Shown one piece after another: positions 27,634-37,147 of a stretch of 64,000 nt of DNA. A program made the position numbers and the translations under genes. Under the pieces are notes generated by a model. That model was not told the origin of the DNA and made no database searches. It saw only the letters and a list, made by a program, of their open reading frames with translations. Source of the DNA: Chitinivibrionales bacterium (GTDB lineage Bacteria > Fibrobacterota > Chitinivibrionia > Chitinivibrionales > WJKA01); assembly GCA_038247415.1 (NCBI GenBank), contig JBBRUX010000003.1, forward strand, positions 1 to 64,000. Direction: 5' to 3'. Position 1 is the stretch's first letter. Each line of letters begins with the position of its first letter.

Positions 27634-29925
27634 ATGAGTGGTATTGCCATTGGATCACTAGTAACACCTCCCGCTGTTGGAGAGACTTCTGCCCGTTTAC
27701 CGTCAAATCAAGCAACTATAATTGCCGCAGAGACCACAGGGGAATATCAAATACGATTTTCTTCCGGAGAAAAGGCGATCATTGCACTTCCCGGGACGCA
27801 GGCTTATGTTGGCGATCAGCTGATATTAAAAAATGCCCCTTCGGGAATGATTCAGGTACTTATTCAATCTCCCGCAAAAGTTTTAATGCCTGCGGATAGT
27901 GCCCAGATCAGGGTGTCTCCCGGCACTATTCCAGAAATAGTCCAAATGCTCGAGACTGTTGCAGATCGATTCGTTGAAGCCACGCCAGATTCTAAAGATA
28001 TCGCGCGGATCAGAAGTATTCTGGATAGTTTACAGAAACAAAGTAGTGGCGTGCCCCAGACAATTGTTGCGCAGTGTAATCGAATTGAATCAATGCTTGG
28101 CAAATCGATTGAGCAGGATGGCTTGGGGCCCGGGGATTCGGCGCTTATTTCTAAGCTAATCCGTCAATTATCTGCTGAGATTATTCGGGAACTTGGCCCG
28201 CAGGCACTCTTTAAATCCCTCCAAACGGATTTGGGTATTCCTTCGGGGATCTATGCATTTCAAACAGCGGATGAAGCTCTGGAGTGGCTGCAAAAAAATG
28301 GTGTATCCAAAGATGCGTTAACGCTTCCACCGGGAAATCTCCCCTTGTATATCGAGGCTAGTGTAATCGAAAATGAATTTTCGAGAATGTCTCTTTCTTT
28401 TATCAAGCAATCCGACGTGCTCGCAGCCTGTGTGCAATTGGGTATGCCCCTTGCGGCAGCTGCATCTGGATCGGGGCTTTCGTCAGATTTTCTTGCTGCA
28501 TTGCTTTTGCAGCGCGGACAATTAAAAGCGCAAGAATTTCCTAACCTCTTATTGGGGTTACAGCACACTATAAAAATGGTAGTGGATCAACCGATAAACT
28601 CACAGGTTGCGGTATCGTCACTTGCAGCAACCCAGACAATCCTCGATGCTTCGCGGCCCGAAATAGCCTCGCTCGTGGCAGCATATCCAGAACCGATTAA
28701 AGGATTGCAGAGCGATTTTGTTGCATTGCGAACCTTAACTTGGGCGTGCAATACTTCTGCAAGCATTACTACTCCGCTACTCGATCAGGAGTTTCCGATG
28801 CGGTTGGGAACAAACCTCCCCCGTGCTCTGGAAGATGCTGGGCTAGGTCTTGTTAGTGCGAACAAAAAAATAGACGGCGCGCTCCCTTCAAGGGAGCCCG
28901 ATTCACTCATGCAGGTTTTAACGCAGCTCAAGCAGCGGCTACTGAATCCCGAATCGTTTGTCGTGACTCAAAAAGATACCGCCTTACTGCAGGCAAAATT
29001 TACCGATGCATGTGATGCGCTTGTTTTTTATGTAAATGGTATAGAAAAAAAAGTAAGTGAATCACAACCTTCTTTGGATTCATCCGCCAATCAATCAATA
29101 CTTGACCGCGATGGAAAAGAATTTATTAAGCGCATTACCGGTCTGATTGACGCCCTTGAACAAACTCCACAGCGGGAATCGTCACCGGTCACTTCGGCAT
29201 CTTTACGTATTACGGCATATCAATTGGTGGAACAGATTGAGATTATTACATCCAAAATCCAGAATTTGATTAATGAGAGTTTGGTGTTAAGCGTGGCGGG
29301 CAATGATGCCTCCACAAAAGCTGCGATTACGGGCAGCTCGCAGGATCTTAGAATCATACTTAAAGAAATCGAGAAATCATTTTCTCATATGATCGCATCA
29401 AAAACTATCGATACCCCCAGCGCTGTCTGGAAATCAGCTATTGTCAATCAACTCGAAACCATGATGAATCGCCTTGATGCTTCTGCTGTTCTGAGCCGGC
29501 CATTACAAACAGTGAGTGGAGAGCAGCAATCGTTTACAATTGCTGTAAAGCTCGAATCAGAAATGACCTATGCGAATGTAGTGGTCATTCGAAAGGATAC
29601 CAAGCATACCAAAGGAATTCCTTCTGGGCAGAAACATTATTCGGTATCGCTGTCTCTTGCTTTATCGGGGTTAGGGCCACTGCGCGCATCGGTCGATTAT
29701 GACAAAGGTAAAAAGGCTTCTATCGAGGTTGCGGTTGCATCAAAAAATATTCGGGAGTGGTTTGTTGCTCATGCGGAGGAGCTTACAAGCGCCTTAGTAG
29801 CGCAAGGGCTTGTGCACCCTGCCATTGCGGTATCGGTCGATCCTTTGTGGGGGGAAACCGTTTGGGGTGGACGCAGCGTGGATTCTGCCCCAAAAACTGA
29901 TAATCTGTTGGATCTTATGGTGTAA
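27634..29925 (+). CDS. FliK-like (hook-length control C-terminal domain) protein
   Basis: C-terminal VSLSLALSGLGPLRASV...AEELTSALVAQG; ends LLDLMV; adjacent FlhB-C homolog; GGGAGG RBS before ATG 27634. Confidence 0.65.
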   Translation: MSGIAIGSLVTPPAVGETSARLPSNQATIIAAETTGEYQIRFSSGEKAIIALPGTQAYVGDQLILKNAPSGMIQVLIQSPAKVLMPADSAQIRVSPGTIPEIVQMLETVADRFVEATPDSKDIARIRSILDSLQKQSSGVPQTIVAQCNRIESMLGKSIEQDGLGPGDSALISKLIRQLSAEIIRELGPQALFKSLQTDLGIPSGIYAFQTADEALEWLQKNGVSKDALTLPPGNLPLYIEASVIENEFSRMSLSFIKQSDVLAACVQLGMPLAAAASGSGLSSDFLAALLLQRGQLKAQEFPNLLLGLQHTIKMVVDQPINSQVAVSSLAATQTILDASRPEIASLVAAYPEPIKGLQSDFVALRTLTWACNTSASITTPLLDQEFPMRLGTNLPRALEDAGLGLVSANKKIDGALPSREPDSLMQVLTQLKQRLLNPESFVVTQKDTALLQAKFTDACDALVFYVNGIEKKVSESQPSLDSSANQSILDRDGKEFIKRITGLIDALEQTPQRESSPVTSASLRITAYQLVEQIEIITSKIQNLINESLVLSVAGNDASTKAAITGSSQDLRIILKEIEKSFSHMIASKTIDTPSAVWKSAIVNQLETMMNRLDASAVLSRPLQTVSGEQQSFTIAVKLESEMTYANVVVIRKDTKHTKGIPSGQKHYSVSLSLALSGLGPLRASVDYDKGKKASIEVAVASKNIREWFVAHAEELTSALVAQGLVHPAIAVSVDPLWGETVWGGRSVDSAPKTDNLLDLMV

Positions 29926-29954
29926 TGATGTTTGGGATTGTAGAATAAACGAGT

Positions 29955-30248
29955 ATGCGTCGACATTATAAACATCCTAAGAATGTAGAGCGTGCTGTTG
30001 CGCTTTCGTACGATCAAGAAACCACAGCTGCGCCTAAGGTTATTGCTAAAGGTGAAGGACTTATTGCATCGCGCATCAAGGAAATTGCTCTTGCAAAGGG
30101 AGTTCCCATTCATCGTGATGATGATTTGGTACAAATGCTTTCGGCTTTAGAAATTGACAGAGAGGTTCCATCAGAGCTCTTTGCAGCAGTTGCTGAAATT
30201 TTGGCCTTTATTTACAAAGCTAATCAAGAAAAAATCAAAGGAAACTAA
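29955..30248 (+). CDS. Standalone FlhB C-terminal domain protein (EscU/YscU/HrcU family, FlhX/YlqH-like)
   Basis: AVALSYD...APKVIAKGEG...EVPSELFAAVAEILAFIY. Confidence 0.9.
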   Translation: MRRHYKHPKNVERAVALSYDQETTAAPKVIAKGEGLIASRIKEIALAKGVPIHRDDDLVQMLSALEIDREVPSELFAAVAEILAFIYKANQEKIKGN

Positions 30249-30250
30249 GC

Positions 30251-31066
30251 ATGAGTTTACGCTATCGAAATTGTTTGTGCATGGTGCTGTGTATCGTCTG
30301 CGGTGCATTCGCAGAAATCGAAATCCTCTTTGTGGGTGTGTCGGAAGGCGGTGCTCCGTCTTTCGAAAAAAGTTTCGAAGCAATGGTATTGGATCAGTGC
30401 GCAATAACCCATACTCTCAAGCAAGCAGATCCTATGGCCATGGAACGATTCCGCATTAAATCCGACAAGGGAGCAATTTTCCCTCTCGATAAAGCAAATC
30501 TTGAATTTATGGTTCGTCATGGAATGGATAGTACACTTTTAGTGTGGGCTACCATTCGCTCGTATTCTATAGCGGTTGAGCGCAGGCGCATTTTCGGATC
30601 CGATATTGTAGGATTAGCGTCTATTCAAGTGTCAATGTATTCACTGCGAGATAGATACTATTTATATGCGGGCGAAGTTAAAGCTCTGGTTTCTACCAAA
30701 GGACCGATGCTCTTTTTTGACCGCGCAAATGATGCTCGGCCATCTGCTTCCGAGCTTGTGAGAGCAACAGAACTGCTTACCAAGAAGTCCTCAGAAAGAA
30801 CCATGCGCATGATTATGGCAGTTATTCAATCGAGGGTATCAGCTACTTCCAAGCCTGATGTGGTCGCGGCAGAAGGTGTAGAACGATACAAAGAGCCGTC
30901 TCTCTCGGATGTATTTGGTGTGCCCAGCATAGAGGCTCAAACCGTCGGGGACGAAGAACCTATTTCTCCAGAACCAAGCGCAAATGAGCAATCGCCTGCG
31001 CAGACACCTGCTGATAGCGCTAATCCCGACGTTTCGCCAGCTTCACCGCCCCCCGCATCACCATGA
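30251..31066 (+). CDS. Hypothetical exported protein with Pro-rich tail
   Basis: Signal peptide, 2-nt gap from the upstream gene, P/S/A-rich C-terminus. Confidence 0.7.
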   Translation: MSLRYRNCLCMVLCIVCGAFAEIEILFVGVSEGGAPSFEKSFEAMVLDQCAITHTLKQADPMAMERFRIKSDKGAIFPLDKANLEFMVRHGMDSTLLVWATIRSYSIAVERRRIFGSDIVGLASIQVSMYSLRDRYYLYAGEVKALVSTKGPMLFFDRANDARPSASELVRATELLTKKSSERTMRMIMAVIQSRVSATSKPDVVAAEGVERYKEPSLSDVFGVPSIEAQTVGDEEPISPEPSANEQSPAQTPADSANPDVSPASPPPASP

Positions 31067-31182
31067 AAATAAGGCAAGCAAAATTGCATTAAAAAATTAG
31101 TTGGTTGAGGTTTGGTTTTTTTATTGATTTCATTTATTTATATTATTCTTCTTACTAACCCGTGAAACATGCGAGGTGTGGA

Positions 31183-31518
31183 ATGTCAGAAATCGGTTCA
31201 TACAAGAATGTTTTTGACGATCAAACCGAGTTCAACAAGTTAAACGATTTGATCCTTGGGGCTATTCAAGAGTTTTCGAGTAACCGTAAGGGAAATCTAA
31301 CCTACGGTGAAATCATGTTTGTGATGGAATGCGTACTCGATTCGCTCCGTTCTTCATCAGAGCGTGATGCTCAGGTTACTTCTAAGTTTCGCGGGCTTGA
31401 TACGGCGCCGTCTTTTACTACTCTTATGTCAATTACTTCAAGATTAGTCGAACGGATGGTTAAAAAAGGAGCTTTGTCCTCTGCCGATGAAGCTTTCATT
31501 CTTCATGGCGACGAATAA
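31183..31518 (+). CDS. Hypothetical small cytoplasmic protein heading the partner-switching operon
   Basis: GAGGTG RBS before ATG 31183; predicted helical; no recognised motif. Confidence 0.7.
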   Translation: MSEIGSYKNVFDDQTEFNKLNDLILGAIQEFSSNRKGNLTYGEIMFVMECVLDSLRSSSERDAQVTSKFRGLDTAPSFTTLMSITSRLVERMVKKGALSSADEAFILHGDE

Positions 31519-31541
31519 ACTTTTGGTGCGCAGCTAATACT

Positions 31542-31997
31542 ATGAGTACAACCGCATTACGTCAGACATTAACTCTCTGTTTTCCAAGCGACCTCGGCTA
31601 TATTCCTGCCATGCGTAAATTTGTGGCAGATGTTCTTACGGCACACAACTTTTCTTCTCGTTACATTTACCGTTCCGAAATTATTGTGGATGAGGTTTGT
31701 CATAATGCCGTAATGTACGGTTCTAAATCGATTGAAGCAGAAATTGTTCTAATTATGCACCTCACCGAAGATACTGTAGAATTTTTTGTTCAGGATGAAG
31801 GTGGTTCTGCGCGGGATGTGCAACAGCTTAAATCGGCTGTAGAAAAACCTCGTCTTGAAACGATGTCACCTGGCGATGGCAAAATCGGCCTTGAAATTGT
31901 CAAAATGTTTGCCGAAGAACTCGATTTTGCTGTTGGTGAAGATAATCTGACATCGGTGAGAATAGTTCGCAAACGCGATATTTCAGAAGCAAAGTAG
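31542..31997 (+). CDS. RsbW-like anti-sigma factor/Ser kinase (HATPase_c_2)
   Basis: IIVDEVCHNAVMYG N-box, VQDEGG G1, GKIGLEIVK G2. Confidence 0.85.
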   Translation: MSTTALRQTLTLCFPSDLGYIPAMRKFVADVLTAHNFSSRYIYRSEIIVDEVCHNAVMYGSKSIEAEIVLIMHLTEDTVEFFVQDEGGSARDVQQLKSAVEKPRLETMSPGDGKIGLEIVKMFAEELDFAVGEDNLTSVRIVRKRDISEAK

Positions 31998-32012
31998 GAG
32001 AATAGCTTATTC

Positions 32013-32810
32013 ATGGCTACTAATGTTCAATTTGCTTTATCAGACTCATCGGGGTGCGAAGGCGTTACCGTTGTCACTATTTCTGGCGAGCTGACGTCCG
32101 CTTCTATCGATGAAATCACCGCATTTTTTTCATCAATTGTCGAGGATCATCCTCCTTATATTATAGCAGAAATGTCTAACGTTTCGTCGTTTTCATCGTC
32201 GGCGCTTGGCAGCTTTATGGGATCCCGGCAGCGTTTTGTCGAACGAGAAGGCGATCTGGTTTTTGCTGGGCTAACGCTCGATCTTAAATCAAAGCTTAGT
32301 TTATTGGGTGCGCATAAGATTTTTCAGGTTTTTCCTGATGTGCGGAGTGCACTGGTAGCGTACACCTATGAGAAAAAAGGCCATAGTCAGATGGTGACGC
32401 TTTCGTTTCCATCACAATTGCGCTATGTGCCCTCTATTCGCCAAATGATAAGTCGTATTGCTTTGCAAAAAGGATATAGTTCACGCGATGCTTTTCGCAT
32501 AGAAACTATTGTCGACGAAGTGTGTAATAATGCGGTTGAACATGGTGCCCAATCAAGTGAGCATAACATCGACCTTTCTGTGGGCATCGATAGCAAAAAA
32601 ATTGAAATTAAAGTCATTAATCTGAGTAACCCAGAAAAAATCGAGGCACTCAAAGAGCTCGCTTCGACGGTTTCTTCCGAAGCAGTTTCAGATATGGCTA
32701 ATAAACGGGGCAGAGGCTTAGCGCTTATAAAAATGCTTTCAAATGATCTCACCATAGATATTTCTAATGGCGGAACAAGTGTGCATGTTGTTCGCCGCAA
32801 AGGGGATTAA
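32013..32810 (+). CDS. STAS + RsbW-like HATPase fusion
   Basis: N-terminal STAS (EMSNVSSFSSSALG); C-terminal IVDEVCNNAVEHG and RGRGLALIK. Confidence 0.85.
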   Translation: MATNVQFALSDSSGCEGVTVVTISGELTSASIDEITAFFSSIVEDHPPYIIAEMSNVSSFSSSALGSFMGSRQRFVEREGDLVFAGLTLDLKSKLSLLGAHKIFQVFPDVRSALVAYTYEKKGHSQMVTLSFPSQLRYVPSIRQMISRIALQKGYSSRDAFRIETIVDEVCNNAVEHGAQSSEHNIDLSVGIDSKKIEIKVINLSNPEKIEALKELASTVSSEAVSDMANKRGRGLALIKMLSNDLTIDISNGGTSVHVVRRKGD

Positions 32811-32813
32811 GGT

Positions 32814-33173
32814 ATGGAGTCTCAAATCGAACTGGAAATCGAAGAAATCAAAGGTTATTCCACTGCCCGCCTGGTTAAATTTGTGGGTGACCTCGATGCT
32901 ACCAATGTTGAGTTCGTCCTTGAGAAGGTTGTAAACCTTCAAAATGAAGGGTTCGTCAACATTGTGGCAGATTTCAAAAAGCTTCGCTATGTTAATAGCA
33001 CAGGTCTTGGGGTGCTTTTGCATTTTAATAAGGCTGCCAAAGAAAAATCAGGGAGCTTTAAAATAGCAAATGTCAATGAAAATGTCTACGAAATCATAGA
33101 AATTATTGGAGCAACGTCCCTTTTGGAAATATATGACGATCTCACCGAAGCTATCGATTCCCTCGCAGTGTAA
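32814..33173 (+). CDS. STAS-domain anti-sigma-factor antagonist (RsbV/SpoIIAA-like)
   Basis: GDLDATN, DFKKLRYVNSTGLGVLL. Confidence 0.92.
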   Translation: MESQIELEIEEIKGYSTARLVKFVGDLDATNVEFVLEKVVNLQNEGFVNIVADFKKLRYVNSTGLGVLLHFNKAAKEKSGSFKIANVNENVYEIIEIIGATSLLEIYDDLTEAIDSLAV

Positions 33174-33271
33174 CAATGGGAAAATCTTCTTGGTGGCAGA
33201 GCGTAGTAATAAATATCCGTTAAAAGATCCGAAATTCCTGTTTAACCCTTTATTGTGTGGGAGTGGCTGGT

Positions 33272-34978
33272 ATGATGAATAGAGTTACCTGTTTTAGTGC
33301 AGTTTCTATCCTGATGCTTGGGTGTTTCTGCCAGAAAAAAGCTGAAGATCAGAAAACTGTTGCAGTTATTGGCGGCAAAGCTGTGGTAGAATCGCAGCTC
33401 GAATCGTTCAGCAAAATGAAGCGGATGTATCCAACACGTATCGATCCAATCTTTACGGGAAACAAATCGGATATTACTCTTCTTATAGAGACAGAAGTTC
33501 TTTCTGAGCTTGGAACCGATGCCGTGTTGTCGGGTAACGATTGGAAATGGAAAAAGGTTTTTTATCCAGCACAAATGTTTCTTACGGATATCCTCGATAA
33601 AAATATGGGATATACCGACGCCGAGATAGAAGCGTATTATAAATTGCACCTTAAAGATTTTACTTCAACCGTAAAAGTTGGCGCGCCTAAAGTTGATGCA
33701 GCACCTGGGGCAAAACTTAATGGAATGAAAGATTCTATTGTTGCAGGCCGAGACACTACCATTGTCAAGACGCTTGCTGAAATTCGTCAACAGCTTCTAG
33801 AAAAAATGTTTTGCGAAAAGAATCCCCCCGATGCAGCTTTTCTTGCAAAGCGTGCAACAACGGTTACCGATTCTGCTGCTAAAAAAGATACCGTTGCTCT
33901 TAAGCGAGAATGGTTCGCATCTGTGCGTAATGCTTTACCTGCATTTTTCATGAAGAAATATTATGTTGCTAAATTTAAAAAACCAATGCCCGATTCTATA
34001 TCGGTATGGTGTGGTGATGGTAAATTTATTACAAAAGCAGACATCGAAACTATCCTTGGATGGATTCCAGAGCAACAACGCAATTTTTACAAAAATGATC
34101 CACAACGCTATCGTGAATTAGCCGAATGGCTTTTGAAGTGGAAGCTTTTTTCTGAAGTTGCAGAACAGACAAAGTATACAACCACGGCCGATATTGCTTC
34201 TATCATCGAATGGGCTCGCAAGCTCGATCGCGCCGCAGATTATGTCCAAAAAGATCTTATTCCTAAAGCAAAGAAGGCTGCATTTGTTGATCCAACAATG
34301 GCCTGGTATGCTTATTGGGACGAAGCTAATCGAAAAACAGCATTGTCGGATACTGCAGGCTATAATGCAACATACCGCCGCTTAATGGAAAAAGCAGTCG
34401 GCTATGAGCTCGATAAAGTGATTTATGATGTGCGCAAAAAGAAAAACGTCTCTTTCCCTCAAGCAGATTATGCAGATGACAAAGGAAAGAATCCTGCTCA
34501 GATTGCGCTTCAAGCTGATACTGCTCGCGATTCTGGCGATAGCAGAAAAGCAGAATCACTCTATAGTATTTTGGTTACGTCTTTCCCCTTTACAGAACAA
34601 GGTGCCCGCGCCTTTGGTGAGCTTGCAAAAATCCAGACCGAAACCGAACAGTATCGTACTGCTGTCGATAATTATCGATGGGCACTCGTCTCATCAAAAG
34701 ATGCTTCTAAACGTTGCAACATGTTTTTTATGATAGGTTTTATTTATGATGAATACATGAATAATCCAGATCTTGCAGAAGTAAACTACAAGTGGGTGCT
34801 TAAAAATTCGCCCGATTGTGAACTTGCTGATGATGCAGAATTCATGGCGTTACACTTAGATGAACCTATGAATAGCGTCGAAGAACTTCGTGGTGAAGCG
34901 ATTCGTCAAGGTCGTAAAATCGATCCATCCGATACTGTTGCAGTAGAAGATGCCCCCGATACAACTAAGAAAAAGTAA
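33272..34978 (+). CDS. Putative lipoprotein with C-terminal TPR repeats
   Basis: Signal peptide with LMLGC lipobox-like motif; TPR-like FMIGFIYDEY...AEVNYKWVLKNSP. Confidence 0.75.
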   Translation: MMNRVTCFSAVSILMLGCFCQKKAEDQKTVAVIGGKAVVESQLESFSKMKRMYPTRIDPIFTGNKSDITLLIETEVLSELGTDAVLSGNDWKWKKVFYPAQMFLTDILDKNMGYTDAEIEAYYKLHLKDFTSTVKVGAPKVDAAPGAKLNGMKDSIVAGRDTTIVKTLAEIRQQLLEKMFCEKNPPDAAFLAKRATTVTDSAAKKDTVALKREWFASVRNALPAFFMKKYYVAKFKKPMPDSISVWCGDGKFITKADIETILGWIPEQQRNFYKNDPQRYRELAEWLLKWKLFSEVAEQTKYTTTADIASIIEWARKLDRAADYVQKDLIPKAKKAAFVDPTMAWYAYWDEANRKTALSDTAGYNATYRRLMEKAVGYELDKVIYDVRKKKNVSFPQADYADDKGKNPAQIALQADTARDSGDSRKAESLYSILVTSFPFTEQGARAFGELAKIQTETEQYRTAVDNYRWALVSSKDASKRCNMFFMIGFIYDEYMNNPDLAEVNYKWVLKNSPDCELADDAEFMALHLDEPMNSVEELRGEAIRQGRKIDPSDTVAVEDAPDTTKKK

Positions 34979-35019
34979 TGTTGTGAGCGCTTTGGCGCTA
35001 TGACTTGTAAATGTTGTTC

Positions 35020-35053
35020 AAAGGCCTCCAGTGTATCTGGAGGCCTTTTTTTT
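35020..35053 (+). terminator. Intrinsic terminator
   Basis: AAAGGCCTCCAG-TGTAT-CTGGAGGCC-T8. Confidence 0.88.
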
Positions 35054-35095
35054 GCTGAGTGCGCCCGTGGGGCGTACCTAAAAAGGAATAATCAC

Positions 35096-35797
35096 ATGCA
35101 AATTGAAAATGGTACAGTTCGTAAATGTATACTCTTTGATATCGACAAAACACTTGTTTCATCTTCCACGGCTCATCACGATGCCTTTCAAAGCGCAATA
35201 CGAACAGTGTTTAAGGTCGAGCCACGGGGTACAAAAGTCAGTTTTCACGGCATGAGCGACCAATGGATTGCCCGGGAAGTTGCTCGAGCGCGGGGGCTAT
35301 CCGAAGCCGACATTAAGGAATTTATGGATGCATGCCTTGCAGCCATTATAACGGGCTACGAAGAAAGAGTCGCGCAAGATACCGCAGAACTTCTCCCCGG
35401 AGTTACCGCGTTGCTTGACAGACTTAAAAATGATAATCACATACTTGGACTCATAACAGGCAATTTGCAGCCAATTGCATATGCGAAACTTGGCAAACTG
35501 GGTGTTGCACAGTATTTCCCGTTTGGGGGATTTGGTTCGGACGCTTTTATGCGCAGCGATATGCTCGCATTCGCAATTTCTCGAGCAAAAAGCGAGGGTT
35601 TTAGTGGAACCAACAATGATATTTGGGTGCTGGGAGATACGCCCAACGATATCGTTGCAGCGCATGCAAATAATGTAAGGTGTCTTGCAGTTGCAACAGG
35701 CTTTTTTTCCAGCGAAATGCTTTCTGAGGCCAATGCAGATTGCATAGTTCAAGATTTAAGTGATTTACAGAAGGTTGTAAAAATTTTGTATACTTGA
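35096..35797 (+). CDS. HAD-family hydrolase
   Basis: LFDIDKTL motif I, ITGN motif II, LGDTPND motif IV; AAGGA RBS. Confidence 0.9.
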   Translation: MQIENGTVRKCILFDIDKTLVSSSTAHHDAFQSAIRTVFKVEPRGTKVSFHGMSDQWIAREVARARGLSEADIKEFMDACLAAIITGYEERVAQDTAELLPGVTALLDRLKNDNHILGLITGNLQPIAYAKLGKLGVAQYFPFGGFGSDAFMRSDMLAFAISRAKSEGFSGTNNDIWVLGDTPNDIVAAHANNVRCLAVATGFFSSEMLSEANADCIVQDLSDLQKVVKILYT

Positions 35798-35859
35798 TTT
35801 CTCGACAGATATTTAGATTTGGCAATAGAGCACCGACTAAGAATAATGAATGCATAAGA

Positions 35860-35985
35860 TTTTGGGCGTTCCAGCTTCGCTGTCGGGCCTTCTCCATCAG
35901 TTCTTCTGCAAGGCAGCTCCCTTGACTTTGTGCGTCAGGCAGGACTGAAGTGTGATGGATGAACAGCGTGAGTCCATCAGTCTGC
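35860..35985 (-). pseudogene. Possible GNAT acetyltransferase fragment
   Basis: LFIHHTSVLPDAQSQGSCLAEELMEKARQR resembles GNAT motif A with a small deletion. Confidence 0.35.
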
Positions 35986-35991
35986 AAAGAC

Positions 35992-36079
35992 CCAGGTGCA
36001 AAGCACCGCAGGGATTGACAGCCCGGATTGCGAAGCAAGAGCACGTAAGAAGGGCCGGTACCGCAGGTAGGCGCCCAGA
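35992..36079. repeat. 88-nt structured dispersed repeat, copy 2
   Basis: Same orientation as 5074-5161 with 7 substitutions; hairpins GGTGC-AAA-GCACC, TTGC-GAA-GCAA, TACC-GCA-GGTA. Confidence 0.9.
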
Positions 36080-36133
36080 TGCTGACCTGCTTACGTCCTA
36101 AGTTTGGCGCCCATATTCAAAATTTTAAAAACC

Positions 36134-36673
36134 TTAGCCTTTATCCTGTTTTTTCCCAGGACTCGAAATTAAAAAGCTCTGAACTATACCAAATGCGAGA
36201 ATGAGGCCTAAAATACCAAAGAGCTTGAAGTTGACCCAGGTTGCAGTAGAAAAGGTATATGCTACTACGAGATTTACAACACCAATACTATAAAAAAAAG
36301 CAATCCAGCTCGTATTCATTGTCTTCCACTGCTGTGGATTAAGAGAGATTTGTTTGCTCATTAAGAGTTGGATAATATTCTTTTTATACCACAGGGCACT
36401 CACGAGAAGAATTGTGGCAAAGAGCCAATACAGAACGGTTGGTTTCCATTTAATAAACATTTCATTTTTAAAGAGCAGTGTTGCCCCGCCAAAAATTACA
36501 ATGATGCAGAGGCTAATCCACATCATGGGTTCAATTTTCTTTTTTGTAAGGAATAAATATCCTACTTGACTAACGCTTGCAATAAGCGCTACGAGGGTGG
36601 CGATAAAAATGCCTTTGATCTTGAAGGCAATAAAAAAGAGCACTATGGGAAAGAATTCGATAAGAAGTTTCAT
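36134..36673 (-). CDS. yciB: Inner membrane septation protein A
   Basis: MKLLIEFFPIVLFF, FIKWKPT, WVNFKLFG. Confidence 0.93.
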   Translation of the reverse strand: MKLLIEFFPIVLFFIAFKIKGIFIATLVALIASVSQVGYLFLTKKKIEPMMWISLCIIVIFGGATLLFKNEMFIKWKPTVLYWLFATILLVSALWYKKNIIQLLMSKQISLNPQQWKTMNTSWIAFFYSIGVVNLVVAYTFSTATWVNFKLFGILGLILAFGIVQSFLISSPGKKQDKG

Positions 36674-36721
36674 ACAAGCCTCTGTGGGGTGGGGGATACT
36701 TAAGAACCTACTGTCGGTCGT

Positions 36722-37147
36722 TTATATAAGAGAATCCTGAACCGATTTAAAAAACTCTTTGTCTTTGGGATGTGATAGGAGATCTGCAACATCGTGAAGG
36801 GGAACCCAACGGGCAACCGGATTATGAGGATCCTTGGGGGAGAGGATGATCTGATTCGACCGATAAAGATACAGAACAATTGTTTTTAGTTCCGAAATGT
36901 CGTCTGTATTTTCTTGCGTTAATTTATAGCGGTCGTAGGATCCAAGGTCTCGAATATAGACAAGATCGGAAACGCCAGATTCTTCGTATATTTCCCGTGC
37001 AGCAGCATCTCTATCCGATTCGCCCGCTTCTACATGGCCTTTGGGTAAAGACCATGATTGTCCTCGTTGGTTTACCACAAGGATTGCATTGCGAGGGCCA
37101 ATAACTACTCCCCCGGCGCTGATAGTGTGCTTTATGGGCGCTGGCAT
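36722..37147 (-). CDS. NUDIX hydrolase
   Basis: PKGHVEAGESDRDAAAREIYEESG Nudix box. Confidence 0.92.
   Translation of the reverse strand: MPAPIKHTISAGGVVIGPRNAILVVNQRGQSWSLPKGHVEAGESDRDAAAREIYEESGVSDLVYIRDLGSYDRYKLTQENTDDISELKTIVLYLYRSNQIILSPKDPHNPVARWVPLHDVADLLSHPKDKEFFKSVQDSLI

Noticed and set aside
35601..36044. 147-aa minus-strand ORF
   Set aside because: Starts inside the repeat and runs antisense to the HAD gene; only the central GNAT-like piece may have been coding
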